DNA of 50,705 bases from Anaerolineales bacterium (GCA_041556275.1 JBFFIU010000001.1:1-50705); one strand, 5' to 3'. Positions 33,432-42,816 are shown, counted from the stretch's first letter. Notes: generated by a model not told the origin, from the letters alone. Numbers and translations are program-made.

Positions 33432-35645
33432 ATGACAAAGAAGATTTCCCGACGTGATTTCTTGAAGATTAGCGGCGGAGCTGCAGTAGTTACCGGCGCC
33501 GCTCATGGCGCTCGAAACCTCATAATTGAGCCATACGTGAATCCTCCTGAAGAAGATTTGCCAGGTAAGGCTACCTGGTATGCCAGCACATGCCGCCAAT
33601 GTCCCGCAGGATGCGGAATCATTGTGCGGGTGATCAATGGAAGGGCCAAGAAAATTGAAGGTAATCCTCTGCACCCCCTCAATCAGGGAAAGCTGTGCGC
33701 CCGTGGGCAAGCTGGGCTCCAGGCACTTTATAACCCTGACCGGCTTAAAAATGCAGTCATTCAGACCGGAGGGCGCGGGTCTCTGATGTTCGAACCGTTA
33801 TATTGGTCGGAAGCATTGGATATCTTTACTGAAAAGCTCAACAGCCTGAGTGATCCAAGTCGAGTTGCATTTTTAGGCGGGTTGATGCCCTCGCATTTAT
33901 TTGCGTTGAGTACACGTTTGCTTAATGCATTGGGGGCGCAAGTCCCCATAATCTACGATCTGCACGCGGCACTTGAGGGTCGCAGATCTATGGTTCAACT
34001 CTCGGAAGATTTATTTGGCGCTCCTGAGTTACCCGTTTACGATCTAGCTAATGCCGAGGTTGTCTTCTCGTTTGGCGCAAATTTTCTAGAAACTTGGATG
34101 TCTCCCGTCTCCCAAACCTTTGCATTTGGAACTATGCGTCAAGGTCAATTCGGGGGTCGTGGATTTCTTGTCCAATTCGAACCGCGCCTATCAGCGACAG
34201 GCGCTTCTGCTGACGAATGGATTCCGCTAAAGCCGGGGGCCGAGGGTTACGTCGCTTTAGCGCTTGGCCGTATTATCGTCGAAGAGCGTTTAGGTAATAT
34301 CGGCAGTCATCGCCCTTATGCTGGAATGTATCAGAATATCGATGTGCGTGAGATGGCCAATGCCAGCCAAGTCCCGTTCGAAGATCTCAACCGATTAGCT
34401 CGCATTTTTGCCGATGCGGATCAGGCTATTGCTATTCCAGGTGGTGGGGTGGCCGGACAATACAATGGGCAGGCGAGTATGCTGGCAATTCAAGCTCTCA
34501 ATTTACTCGTCGCTCAAATCGGAAGGGTGGGAGGTGTCTTCTTATCGCAACCTGGTCCCACTGCTGCATTTCGCCAGAATCCAAAAACAGCCTCATTTGA
34601 ACAGGTTATGGACTTAGTGGAACGCATGAAATCCGGTGACATCGACCTTCTGTTGATCTATGGCACGAATCCAGTATTTGAAATGCCTGCCTCAGCAGGA
34701 TTCGCGGATGCTATCGCACGCGTACCATACGTCATCTCTTTCAGTCCATTTGTCGATGAGACTGCTGTCCGCTCTGACCTGATTTTGCCTGACCATTCTT
34801 ATCTGGAGTCTTGGGGCTACGAAGTACCAGCACCAGGAGCTGGGAAACCGATAGTATCCAGTCAACAACCAGTCGTACGACCAATTTACGACACGCGTTC
34901 GACCGGAGAGGTCTTCCTGGAGCTTGCTGACCGTTTGGGTGGCGAAGTGGCAGCTGCCCTGCCTTGGATAGATGAGATGGCTTTCATGCAAGAGCTAGCG
35001 GTGGAATTGCATGGCTCCAGCCTAGGAGCGTACGATGCCAAGACCCAAAGTAGTTTCTGGGCTCTCTGGCGACAATATGGTGGGTGGTGGACCGAAAAGG
35101 AAATCCCGCGCGAGCCTGAACTCACCACAATCGTCCAAGAGGCTTTACCGGTTTCTGAGCCTGTCTTTGATGGTGAAGAGGAGACATTCCCATATCACCT
35201 TCATCCATATCCATCAATTGTGCTCTCAGATGGACGGGGCGCAAACCAACCCTGGTTGCAGGGAGCGCCAGATCCAATGACCACTGCCAGTTGGGGAACT
35301 TGGGTGGAATTAAATCCTGAGACTGCCAGATCGTTAGGTGTACACGATAATGATATTGTGCGTGTGATCTCTCCAAATGGTGAATTGGAAGCTCCCGTTG
35401 TCATTTATCCTGGAATTCGACCTGATGTTATAGCTATCCCTGTTGGGCAAGGGCACAGTCAATGTGGTCGTTTTGCCCAACGAAGGGGAAGCAATCCAAT
35501 CGCTTTGTTATCTCCACTAACTGACCCAGACACTGGTTCGCTTGCATGGGGGGCTACTCGGGTGAAGATCGAGCCGACTGGGCATAAAAAAATCCTGCCA
35601 AGACATGAGAGTCTGGCTGGGGAAGGACGAGAATCTATTGGCTAA
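33432..35645 (+). CDS. actB: ACIII subunit ActB1 (molybdopterin-oxidoreductase-like domain, Tat signal)
   Basis: RRDFLKISGGAAVVTGA. N-terminal Cys cluster CRQCPAGCG...CARG. Size and context are as in the PsrA/ActB family. Confidence 0.85.
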   Translation: MTKKISRRDFLKISGGAAVVTGAAHGARNLIIEPYVNPPEEDLPGKATWYASTCRQCPAGCGIIVRVINGRAKKIEGNPLHPLNQGKLCARGQAGLQALYNPDRLKNAVIQTGGRGSLMFEPLYWSEALDIFTEKLNSLSDPSRVAFLGGLMPSHLFALSTRLLNALGAQVPIIYDLHAALEGRRSMVQLSEDLFGAPELPVYDLANAEVVFSFGANFLETWMSPVSQTFAFGTMRQGQFGGRGFLVQFEPRLSATGASADEWIPLKPGAEGYVALALGRIIVEERLGNIGSHRPYAGMYQNIDVREMANASQVPFEDLNRLARIFADADQAIAIPGGGVAGQYNGQASMLAIQALNLLVAQIGRVGGVFLSQPGPTAAFRQNPKTASFEQVMDLVERMKSGDIDLLLIYGTNPVFEMPASAGFADAIARVPYVISFSPFVDETAVRSDLILPDHSYLESWGYEVPAPGAGKPIVSSQQPVVRPIYDTRSTGEVFLELADRLGGEVAAALPWIDEMAFMQELAVELHGSSLGAYDAKTQSSFWALWRQYGGWWTEKEIPREPELTTIVQEALPVSEPVFDGEEETFPYHLHPYPSIVLSDGRGANQPWLQGAPDPMTTASWGTWVELNPETARSLGVHDNDIVRVISPNGELEAPVVIYPGIRPDVIAIPVGQGHSQCGRFAQRRGSNPIALLSPLTDPDTGSLAWGATRVKIEPTGHKKILPRHESLAGEGRESIG

Positions 35646-36342
35646 CACAGAACCCCGGTGGGCCATGATCGTGGATCTTGACCGCTGTACGGGATGCCAG
35701 GCATGTGTAATCGCCTGCCAGGCGGAAAACAACGTACCCACGGTTGGCGAGTCTGAAACAGAAAAAGGGCGCTGGTTACATTGGATCCATATTGAACGTT
35801 ATTGGGAAGGCGAATACCCAAATATTAAGGCACGCTTTATGCCGGTCATGTGCCAGCAATGCAGTGAGGCTCCTTGCGAACCAGTCTGCCCAGTGTTTGC
35901 TACCTATCATACGCCGGAAGGTTTAAACGCCCAAATCTACAACCGCTGCATTGGCACCCGCTTCTGCGGCAGTGCTTGCCCATACAAAGTGCGTACTTAC
36001 AATTGGTTTCGCCCCGAATTCCCGGAGCCATTGAACGAGCAGCTCAACCCAGATGTGACCATCCGCTCTCGAGGTCTGATAGAGAAGTGCACATTTTGTA
36101 TTCAGCGCATTCGAAGAATTGAAATCGAGGCTCATGCCCAGGGACGAGAACCGGCTGATGGCGAGATTCAACCCGCCTGCGTGCAAACCTGTCCACCTGG
36201 TGCGTTGGTTTTTGGTGACTTGAATGATCCAAACAGTCGGGTGAGCCAATTGGAGACGAGCCATCGATCCTTCAAACTCCTGGGAGAGCTGGGCACCAGC
36301 CCAGGGGTGATCTACCTAAAAGGAGGCGAAACGAATGTCTGA
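35605..36342 (+). CDS. actB: ACIII subunit ActB2 (4Fe-4S ferredoxin-type, PsrB/NrfC-like)
   Basis: RWAMIVDLDRCTGCQACVIACQAENN, CQQCSEAPCEPVCP, CIGTRFCGSACPYKV. The start is uncertain: ATG 35605 overlaps actB1 by 41 nt, and the alternative is ATG 35665. Confidence 0.8.
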   Translation: MRVWLGKDENLLANTEPRWAMIVDLDRCTGCQACVIACQAENNVPTVGESETEKGRWLHWIHIERYWEGEYPNIKARFMPVMCQQCSEAPCEPVCPVFATYHTPEGLNAQIYNRCIGTRFCGSACPYKVRTYNWFRPEFPEPLNEQLNPDVTIRSRGLIEKCTFCIQRIRRIEIEAHAQGREPADGEIQPACVQTCPPGALVFGDLNDPNSRVSQLETSHRSFKLLGELGTSPGVIYLKGGETNV

Positions 36343-37756
36343 ATCAGAGGTGCTGGCATACCCTGAGGAGAGCGGCGCTGCAGAATTCGAAGATCGCCTA
36401 CTCCTCTCCGAACGTACGAGTTCAGAAATTAATCAAGCCGTGCTTGAACCAATGTTTCGATCAAGCTGGCGATTTTGGTTGCTGGTAGCATTTCTAAGCG
36501 TATTAGTCTTATGGGGACTTTTTGCCTGGGGATACCTAATTTATTGGGGCATGGGGACGGCGGGCATCAATCGACCAGTCTACTGGGGGTTTTTCATCGC
36601 CACCTTCGTTTTTTGGGTCGGTATCAGCCATGCAGGGACGATGATCTCCGCGGTATTGCGCTTATTGAAAGCAGATTGGCGGCGACCAATTACGCGAGGT
36701 GCAGAAGCAATGACTGCATTTGCGCTGATGATGGCTGGATTATTTCCCTTTATCCATCTCGGGAGAGTATGGAAGTTTTATTGGATGATTCCTTATCCCA
36801 ACAACCGCTTTATGTGGCCAAATTTCCAATCGCCTCTAATGTGGGATATGGTTGCCATCTTTACCTATTTCATCGGTTCTACCCTTTATCTCTACCTGGC
36901 TCTGATCCCGGACCTTGCGATGGCGCGCGACCACACCAGCAGATGGCGCCAGAAATTGTATCGGATATTATCTCTTGGCTGGCGCGGCACGGAGGCAGAG
37001 TGGCATAAACTCCATCGTGCCTTAAGCATCTTTTCAATTGCCATCATCCCGATCTTCTTATCTGTGCACTCGATCGTCTCCTGGGATTTTGCAGTAACGA
37101 TTCAACCCCGCTGGCACAGCACGATATTCGCTCCCTATTTTGTGGTTGGCGCCATCTATTCCGGATTGGCAGCCTTAGCCTGTATCCTGGTTATTGTGCG
37201 CAAGGGAATGCAACTGCAGGAATTCCTGCGTGCAGAGCACTTCGACGCTTTGGGGAAATTAGTTTTGGTGGCAGGTATGGCCTGGACTTACTTCTGGTTC
37301 GCAGGGTTTATTGTTGAATGGTATGGCAATGAACCAGTGATTAGAGAATTAATCCATGAGGAGGTTTTCGGAGATCTGGCCCCACTTTTCTATCTACAAA
37401 TGTCTGCGAACTTGATCCCGATTGTGCTGCTTGTTTTCAAGAAGGTCCGTGTTACACCCTGGCTCTTGCTTCTCACAACGTTATTAGTGAATGTTGGTAT
37501 GTTTACTGAGCGTGTATTAATCGTTGTTGGTAGTTTGCAGCGCAACTTCATGCCTTTCAATTGGGGCGACTATAGCCCAACCTGGGTAGAAGTGAGCATT
37601 GTCGTGATGACTTTCGCTGGGTTTGCGCTTCTATATACAATATTTTCCCGTGTCTTCCCATACGTACCAGTATGGGAGATCAAGGAGGGGCGCCTGCGCT
37701 ATACGGTGCGCCGTATCGGTCGTTTGTTGGTGCCAACTGCCGCCGAGATCGAATAG
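36335..37756 (+). CDS. actC: ACIII subunit ActC (NrfD/PsrC-like quinol-interacting membrane subunit)
   Basis: 473 aa with about 10 TM helices, placed after the Fe-S subunit. Confidence 0.85.
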   Translation: MSESEVLAYPEESGAAEFEDRLLLSERTSSEINQAVLEPMFRSSWRFWLLVAFLSVLVLWGLFAWGYLIYWGMGTAGINRPVYWGFFIATFVFWVGISHAGTMISAVLRLLKADWRRPITRGAEAMTAFALMMAGLFPFIHLGRVWKFYWMIPYPNNRFMWPNFQSPLMWDMVAIFTYFIGSTLYLYLALIPDLAMARDHTSRWRQKLYRILSLGWRGTEAEWHKLHRALSIFSIAIIPIFLSVHSIVSWDFAVTIQPRWHSTIFAPYFVVGAIYSGLAALACILVIVRKGMQLQEFLRAEHFDALGKLVLVAGMAWTYFWFAGFIVEWYGNEPVIRELIHEEVFGDLAPLFYLQMSANLIPIVLLVFKKVRVTPWLLLLTTLLVNVGMFTERVLIVVGSLQRNFMPFNWGDYSPTWVEVSIVVMTFAGFALLYTIFSRVFPYVPVWEIKEGRLRYTVRRIGRLLVPTAAEIE

Positions 37757-37882
37757 CTCTGCTGGCAAAGCCTGATTGTTGGAAATGTAAATAAATACTT
37801 TATTTCTACATCACCATATTCGATGGGCTCAAAAGTCCAACAAGGGAAGTTGCTTTGCGGAAATTAAACGAATACAATTGAT

Positions 37883-38410
37883 ATGAACAATCAAATGATC
37901 ACTCTGATCGCTCTATTTGATGAGAGCATTGACACTGCCAAGGCTGTAGATGAACTTCACAGCATAGGTATTTCAGAAGAGAAGATGGTCGTCATGACGG
38001 ATGTACCCTACCCAGAACGGGCATTGGGAAGGACCCGGGAGTGGCTGACCTTACCCTATATCGTGGTCGCCGGAGCAGTTTTGGGACTGCTAATTGGCTT
38101 GTTTTTATCTGCCATCACTCCCCACCTCTATCGTCTGGATGTGGGCGGTCACCCTCCGGTTGGCTTTCCACCAGCAGCTGTGATCACATTCGTCTTTACG
38201 ATGATGGCGATCATTGTCTCTACTTTCCTCGGTGTTCTTTGGGAAATGGACTTCCCCCGCTTTGGTCCAGCCCCCTATCACAAAGCAGTCACCGATGGCA
38301 AACTCGGGGTGCTCTTAGAATTCCCTTCTGAATTGCAGGAAAAAGTTAATACCGTCCTTAAGGCCAATAAGGCTGACTACATCGGGGAACCGGAGATGAT
38401 TTCGCTATGA
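37883..38410 (+). CDS. actD: ACIII subunit ActD (DUF3341-like)
   Basis: 175 aa. A soluble N-terminal domain (LIALFDESIDTAKAVDEL) followed by 2 TM helices. Called mainly from its position in the cluster. Confidence 0.7.
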   Translation: MNNQMITLIALFDESIDTAKAVDELHSIGISEEKMVVMTDVPYPERALGRTREWLTLPYIVVAGAVLGLLIGLFLSAITPHLYRLDVGGHPPVGFPPAAVITFVFTMMAIIVSTFLGVLWEMDFPRFGPAPYHKAVTDGKLGVLLEFPSELQEKVNTVLKANKADYIGEPEMISL

Positions 38411-38913
38411 ACCCTCGTTTGCAGCGTGGATTACTCATCATTGCGATTATCCTCACGCCGTTCATCATTGGCCTCTTTTTCACCTTCGAAATTTTGAAAA
38501 TCCCGTATACCACAGACATGCAAAATCAGATTTCGATAAACTACCAAGAGAGTCCCCGCATATTGCCACCCGATGGAGCAGTGCCAGTACAAGGTCTGGC
38601 GGTAATCCCCGATGAATTTCCAGTTAATCCCATTTCAATGGATGAGGTCTCTTTGCAGCGGGGCAAAGTCCTTTTTGATCTACATTGTCTGGTTTGTCAT
38701 GGAGAAAATGGCCACGGAGACGGACCACTGGCGCATCACTTCACGCGCACGCCAGAAAACCTGACCAGCTCGCAAATAACCGCCGAATTTGATGGTGCCG
38801 TCTATTTGACCATCCGAAATGGTTTTGGTCAGATGCCAGCTTTATATGAAAACCTAACGCCCCACGAAACCTGGGATGTGGTGAATTACCTTCACACGCT
38901 ACCGGTGAGGTGA
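38407..38913 (+). CDS. actE: ACIII subunit ActE (monoheme cytochrome c)
   Basis: N-terminal TM helix, CLVCHGENGHGDG, ATGA overlap with actD. Confidence 0.7.
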   Translation: MNPRLQRGLLIIAIILTPFIIGLFFTFEILKIPYTTDMQNQISINYQESPRILPPDGAVPVQGLAVIPDEFPVNPISMDEVSLQRGKVLFDLHCLVCHGENGHGDGPLAHHFTRTPENLTSSQITAEFDGAVYLTIRNGFGQMPALYENLTPHETWDVVNYLHTLPVR

Positions 38914-38922
38914 TGAGAAAAT

Positions 38923-39969
38923 ATGATAAACAAATATTTAAAATTTACCCCCATCATTATTTTGATTTTGACCGCCTGTACTGCGCCGCAAAGTCTCCCT
39001 TCGGGTCCTACACCGATCCCAACTCTGGTACCCGCGACTGAACCCAGCAGCCCTCTGACTGAAACAGCAGTACCGTCATTCCCGATCCAGAGCTACCCTG
39101 CGCGGCTGCCTTCAGCCGAGTTGGGTCAGCCACTTTACCAGACTCACTGTGCCAGCTGCCATGGTGAGGATGGCAATGGAGTGGTTCCTGGCGCACGCAA
39201 TTTTGGCGACCTGGATTATATGCGAGGCGAAACCCCGGCTTCCTTCTATACTGCGGTCACTGAAGGTCGCGGTGAAATGCAAGGATTTCTCGACACATTG
39301 ACCTCGGACGAGCTCTGGGACGTGGTATTTTACGTCTGGCGATTTTCCACCGATGCTGAAAAACTTGCACTTGGACAGCATCTTTATGATGATAATTGCG
39401 TGGCTTGCCACGGGGAAGATGGTACTGGTGAAGTTCTGGGTGCTGCCGATTTCTCTGACCTGCGGGTTGTCGATGACCAGGCTCCTCGAGATTTCTACTT
39501 GGTCACCACACAAGGTAAAGGCTCAATGCCAGCCTGGCAGGGTCGGCTCTCACAGGATGAACGCTGGGCGGTGATCGACTATGTACGCACTTTCTCTTAT
39601 GACCCATCCCTACCAGGGGAGGCTGCTGCTCAAACTCCACCGACCGCCACTCCTCAGGAAATTGTTTGTGATCCAAAATATCTGACCCAAACCAATCCTT
39701 TTGATTGGGATGATTCAGCTGCTATTTCAGCTGGTGAGGTGATTTACAGTCAATCTTGTGCCATGTGTCATGGTGTTGATGGCTCTGGCGGGATTCCAGG
39801 CGCTCCTGATTACACAGATTCCGCAGTTGCAGATGATTTGCGTGCCAATAGTAGTGAAAAACTTTGTATTGTTGCAGATGGCAAAGAATCAATGCCTGGT
39901 TGGAAAGAGACACTCACCGATGAGCAAATGTGGGAGCTTTTAACTTATCTTTACTCATTCCGAAAATAA
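38923..39969 (+). CDS. Triheme (three class-I domains) cytochrome c lipoprotein
   Basis: Lipobox LTAC. CASCHGEDGNG, CVACHGEDGTG, CAMCHGVDGSG. Confidence 0.8.
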   Translation: MINKYLKFTPIIILILTACTAPQSLPSGPTPIPTLVPATEPSSPLTETAVPSFPIQSYPARLPSAELGQPLYQTHCASCHGEDGNGVVPGARNFGDLDYMRGETPASFYTAVTEGRGEMQGFLDTLTSDELWDVVFYVWRFSTDAEKLALGQHLYDDNCVACHGEDGTGEVLGAADFSDLRVVDDQAPRDFYLVTTQGKGSMPAWQGRLSQDERWAVIDYVRTFSYDPSLPGEAAAQTPPTATPQEIVCDPKYLTQTNPFDWDDSAAISAGEVIYSQSCAMCHGVDGSGGIPGAPDYTDSAVADDLRANSSEKLCIVADGKESMPGWKETLTDEQMWELLTYLYSFRK

Positions 39970-40094
39970 ATAAACAAAACCTGAGAGCCGACTCTATTGT
40001 AAAGAATCGTACTTGGTTTGACCGATCAGGTTTTTAATATATAATTCTATTCATATAAAAGTTAATAGAGAAATACTTTTGTCACCCATCCGAA

Positions 40095-40110
40095 GGTGAC
40101 ATTTGCCACT
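40095..40110. promoter_or_regulatory. Second copy of the CRP/FNR-like operator
   Basis: GGTGACATTTGCCACT matches the site at 21975-21990 at 13 of 16 positions, including the identical core GTGACATTTG. It is about 211 nt upstream of the hexaheme gene ATG. An additional TGTCAC half-site is at 40080-40085. Confidence 0.35.
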
Positions 40111-40313
40111 AATGTAGCGCTCATAATTGGGGTATAAATCCTATGGAAAACTACCCTAATTAAACTTGGCATGTAGAGAATTCTGCCAGGTGTTGTCTGG
40201 TATCATCAAGGGAAAGAAACCAGAAAGGAGGTTGCCTATCAGCAAATAGAAGAAAGATCGCCACACAAATATCATCGTCGTAAGTGTATCCGGATACACT
40301 CAAGGAGAATGTT

Positions 40314-41378
40314 ATGAAATATAAACACTTAATTATTGGGCTCCTCTTGCTGGTCACTGCCCTGGCTCTGGCAGCCTGTGCTAGTCAAGAAGGCCCTCCC
40401 GGACCTGAAGGTCCCCAAGGGCCCCCTGGTCCCGCTGGTCCTGAAGGCCCCCCTGGTCCCGAAGGACCCTCGGGCGAGGCCGGCGCGGCTGGGGCGGCCG
40501 CGGAGATGGGCGAGCTATCCTGCGCGGAGTGCCACACCGACGGCACGGAGCTCACCGGGCGGGCGACCGCCTGGGGTGATTCTGTGCATGGCATGGGTGA
40601 AGCCTATGTGCGTGGAACCAGTGCCAGCTGCGCTGGTTGCCACTCCGGTGGGGGCTTCAGCGCCAGGGTTGCCGCAGGTGTGGCCCCGGATGAGGTCGAG
40701 GAAGGGGATCCAAACCCAACTCGCCAGGACTGCCGGGCTTGCCATCAGATCCATGTCACCTACACAGGTGAAGATTGGGCCTTAGAGACCACCGACCCGG
40801 TGGATTTCTACGCTTTCGAAGGCGTGACCTACGATGGCGGCGAGGGCAACCTGTGCGCCAACTGCCACCAGCCTCGACGTGGGATCGCTGAACCAGACGC
40901 CGATGGCAATATTGAAGTCACCAGCACGCACTGGGGACCTCACCACGGTGGACAGGGTTCCATGTTGATGGGCGTAGCTGGCTCGCCTGACGTCGAAGGC
41001 AATCCCAGCTCACACGCCACTATGGTGGAAGGCACCTGCGTGACTTGCCACATGGGAGAGGAGTATAATCACTCCTTCGAACCCGCGGTGGAGCGCTGCC
41101 AGGAATGCCACTCTGGCATGGAAAGCTTCGATGATACCGGCTTGCAGACCGAGGTCCAGGAGAAGCTGGATCAACTGGAAGTGGAGCTGGTCGCCAGAGG
41201 TTGGCTCGATGAAGAGGGCCATCCAGCGGTAACGTTTGTCCCCGCTCCGGAAGCTTACGCCCTCTGGAACTGGATCTACATCGCTCATGAGGACGGCAGC
41301 CTGGGTGTTCACAACCCGGCCTACACCAGGGACTTGCTTGACGCCTCACTGGAAACATTAGGACTAGGTGGGGAGTAA
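40314..41378 (+). CDS. Hexaheme cytochrome c lipoprotein with an N-terminal collagen-like Gly-X-Y stalk
   Basis: The ATG at 40314 follows AAGGAGAA. Lipobox LAAC, 12 GXY triplets, and CAECH, CAGCH, CRACH, CANCH, CVTCH, CQECH. Confidence 0.8.
   Translation: MKYKHLIIGLLLLVTALALAACASQEGPPGPEGPQGPPGPAGPEGPPGPEGPSGEAGAAGAAAEMGELSCAECHTDGTELTGRATAWGDSVHGMGEAYVRGTSASCAGCHSGGGFSARVAAGVAPDEVEEGDPNPTRQDCRACHQIHVTYTGEDWALETTDPVDFYAFEGVTYDGGEGNLCANCHQPRRGIAEPDADGNIEVTSTHWGPHHGGQGSMLMGVAGSPDVEGNPSSHATMVEGTCVTCHMGEEYNHSFEPAVERCQECHSGMESFDDTGLQTEVQEKLDQLEVELVARGWLDEEGHPAVTFVPAPEAYALWNWIYIAHEDGSLGVHNPAYTRDLLDASLETLGLGGE
40392..40499 (+). repeat. Collagen-like triplet repeat (12 x Gly-X-Y), coding
   Basis: GPPGPEGPQGPPGPAGPEGPPGPEGPSGEAGAAGAA. 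Confidence 0.8.
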
Positions 41379-41530
41379 AAGAGGCAGGAGATACTGGTTG
41401 ATTTGCTAACCGGAAATCATGCAAAGCCTCTTTTGCGACAGCAAAGTTGATATCGGTGGTGATGTCTCCGGTATAACCAGACCGGCAGCAACACAGTAAC
41501 CAACATCACTATCATCACCCACTGTATCAA

Positions 41531-41569
41531 AAACCGGGCACTGTTACCAGTGCCCGGTTTTCATTCTTA
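41531..41569 (+). terminator. Rho-independent terminator
   Basis: AACCGGGCACTG (41532-41543) / CAGTGCCCGGTT (41548-41559), loop TTAC, followed by TTCATTCTT. Confidence 0.6.
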
Positions 41570-41772
41570 ACAAAGTCAATCAAACAAAAATCTAAAAGCC
41601 TTGATCAAAACCATTATTTTTTTTCTATCCAACTGAGCTGCGAAGATTTTCTAATGAGCAGAGGCTTCGCTTTGTTCAGCATGACAAATTATGCTTTTGG
41701 GATAAACTCTTAGGGGGATCGGGAAAATGACTAAATACCACCAGAATTTAAACATTAGGACACAAATATAAG

Positions 41773-42732
41773 TTACTCAGTCCTGAGACGGGAGCCGCAG
41801 GAACGACAGAATCGATCTCCTGCACCAGCTCGCTTGCCACATTGGTGGCAGTAGATCGCCTCTTGCGTGAATGCAGCAGCCGTCTCCTGGCGGGGAGCTC
41901 TTCGACGGCGGCGTGCTTTCGCAGGGGATTCCTGCTGGCCTGAACGCCAGTACCAGTACCCACCTCCGCCGATCAGGACCAGGCCCAGAAACACCAAAAG
42001 CCAGATCCACCACTGACCCAGGTTCAACATACCCACACTCCTAGGGGTGAGCGTCGCGCTGGGCTGTATTTGTAAACTTTGGATGCTCAAGGCATCCGAG
42101 TCTTTTTGATAGCTTAAATTAAGTTCAAAAGGTATGCCAGCCTGCAAAGCACCAACCTCGATCAGGTTATATGTAAAACCATCACTCCCTTGGATAATCC
42201 GCCCAACGGCCGGGGTCACGATCACATTTGAGGCCCCGATGGGATGCTGGATCTGCGCAATAAGAGAGTTCACTGCCAGATCGCCAGGCCACTCGTACAT
42301 AAATGTTCGCTGCGCACCTTCCTTCACCAATCTGGGATCGTAATACTCAAACTGGATAGAGGGGGTGGTGGCGATAAAAGAGACATCAATCCAATCCCCC
42401 ATCACCTGTATGTCATAGACCACATCAGCCACCGAGCTCGGATCAAGTCCAACTGCCACTGCCGAAGGCTTACCAGCTTCAACAGGGATGCGGAAGGTGA
42501 CCTCGGCCGGCAAAGTAATCTGGGGCGAAAGGACAGCTTTGTAAATAACCAGCACGCCTGGATCGTCATATTCCGGCCAAAGGTCTATTGTCAATGTATC
42601 CAGACTGGGAGATTCTTGAGCTTTAACCGCAGGAACCAACCACAATATGGATATGAACAGGAACAGGGTAATTCTCTTGAGCAATCGATGGTCTCCAACC
42701 TTGAATTGTTCTACGGTTGTAAATCTTACCAT
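41773..42732 (-). CDS. Membrane protein with a beta-rich exported domain, one TM helix and a cytoplasmic zinc ribbon
   Basis: Signal peptide (LFLFISILWLVPAVKAQ), TM helix WWIWLLVFLGLVLIGGGGYWYW, an Arg-rich stretch, then YCHQCGKRAGAGDRFCRSCG. Confidence 0.5.
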   Translation of the reverse strand: MVRFTTVEQFKVGDHRLLKRITLFLFISILWLVPAVKAQESPSLDTLTIDLWPEYDDPGVLVIYKAVLSPQITLPAEVTFRIPVEAGKPSAVAVGLDPSSVADVVYDIQVMGDWIDVSFIATTPSIQFEYYDPRLVKEGAQRTFMYEWPGDLAVNSLIAQIQHPIGASNVIVTPAVGRIIQGSDGFTYNLIEVGALQAGIPFELNLSYQKDSDALSIQSLQIQPSATLTPRSVGMLNLGQWWIWLLVFLGLVLIGGGGYWYWRSGQQESPAKARRRRRAPRQETAAAFTQEAIYCHQCGKRAGAGDRFCRSCGSRLRTE

Positions 42733-42816
42733 GCCTTAGGCCATCTTTTGCCAGTTCTGGCTTTTGATTGGAAAACTTTAATTGTCCTTTCAGGTTTACC
42801 CCCAAGATCATTTTCG

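Noticed and set aside
36475-37008. 177-aa alternative-frame ORF inside actC. Similar alternative-frame ORFs lie inside ccmC (10311-10658) and ccmB (11369-11677).
   Set aside because: These are out-of-frame read-throughs within well-supported membrane-protein genes, with Arg/Gly/Pro-rich composition and no motifs.
40336-40785. Alternative-frame plus ORF (149 aa) and minus ORFs (40385-40594, 40515-40754) over the third GXY tract
   Set aside because: These are low-complexity artefacts of the triplet repeat and the GC-rich heme-domain coding region. The frame from 40314 carries the lipobox and six CXXCH motifs.
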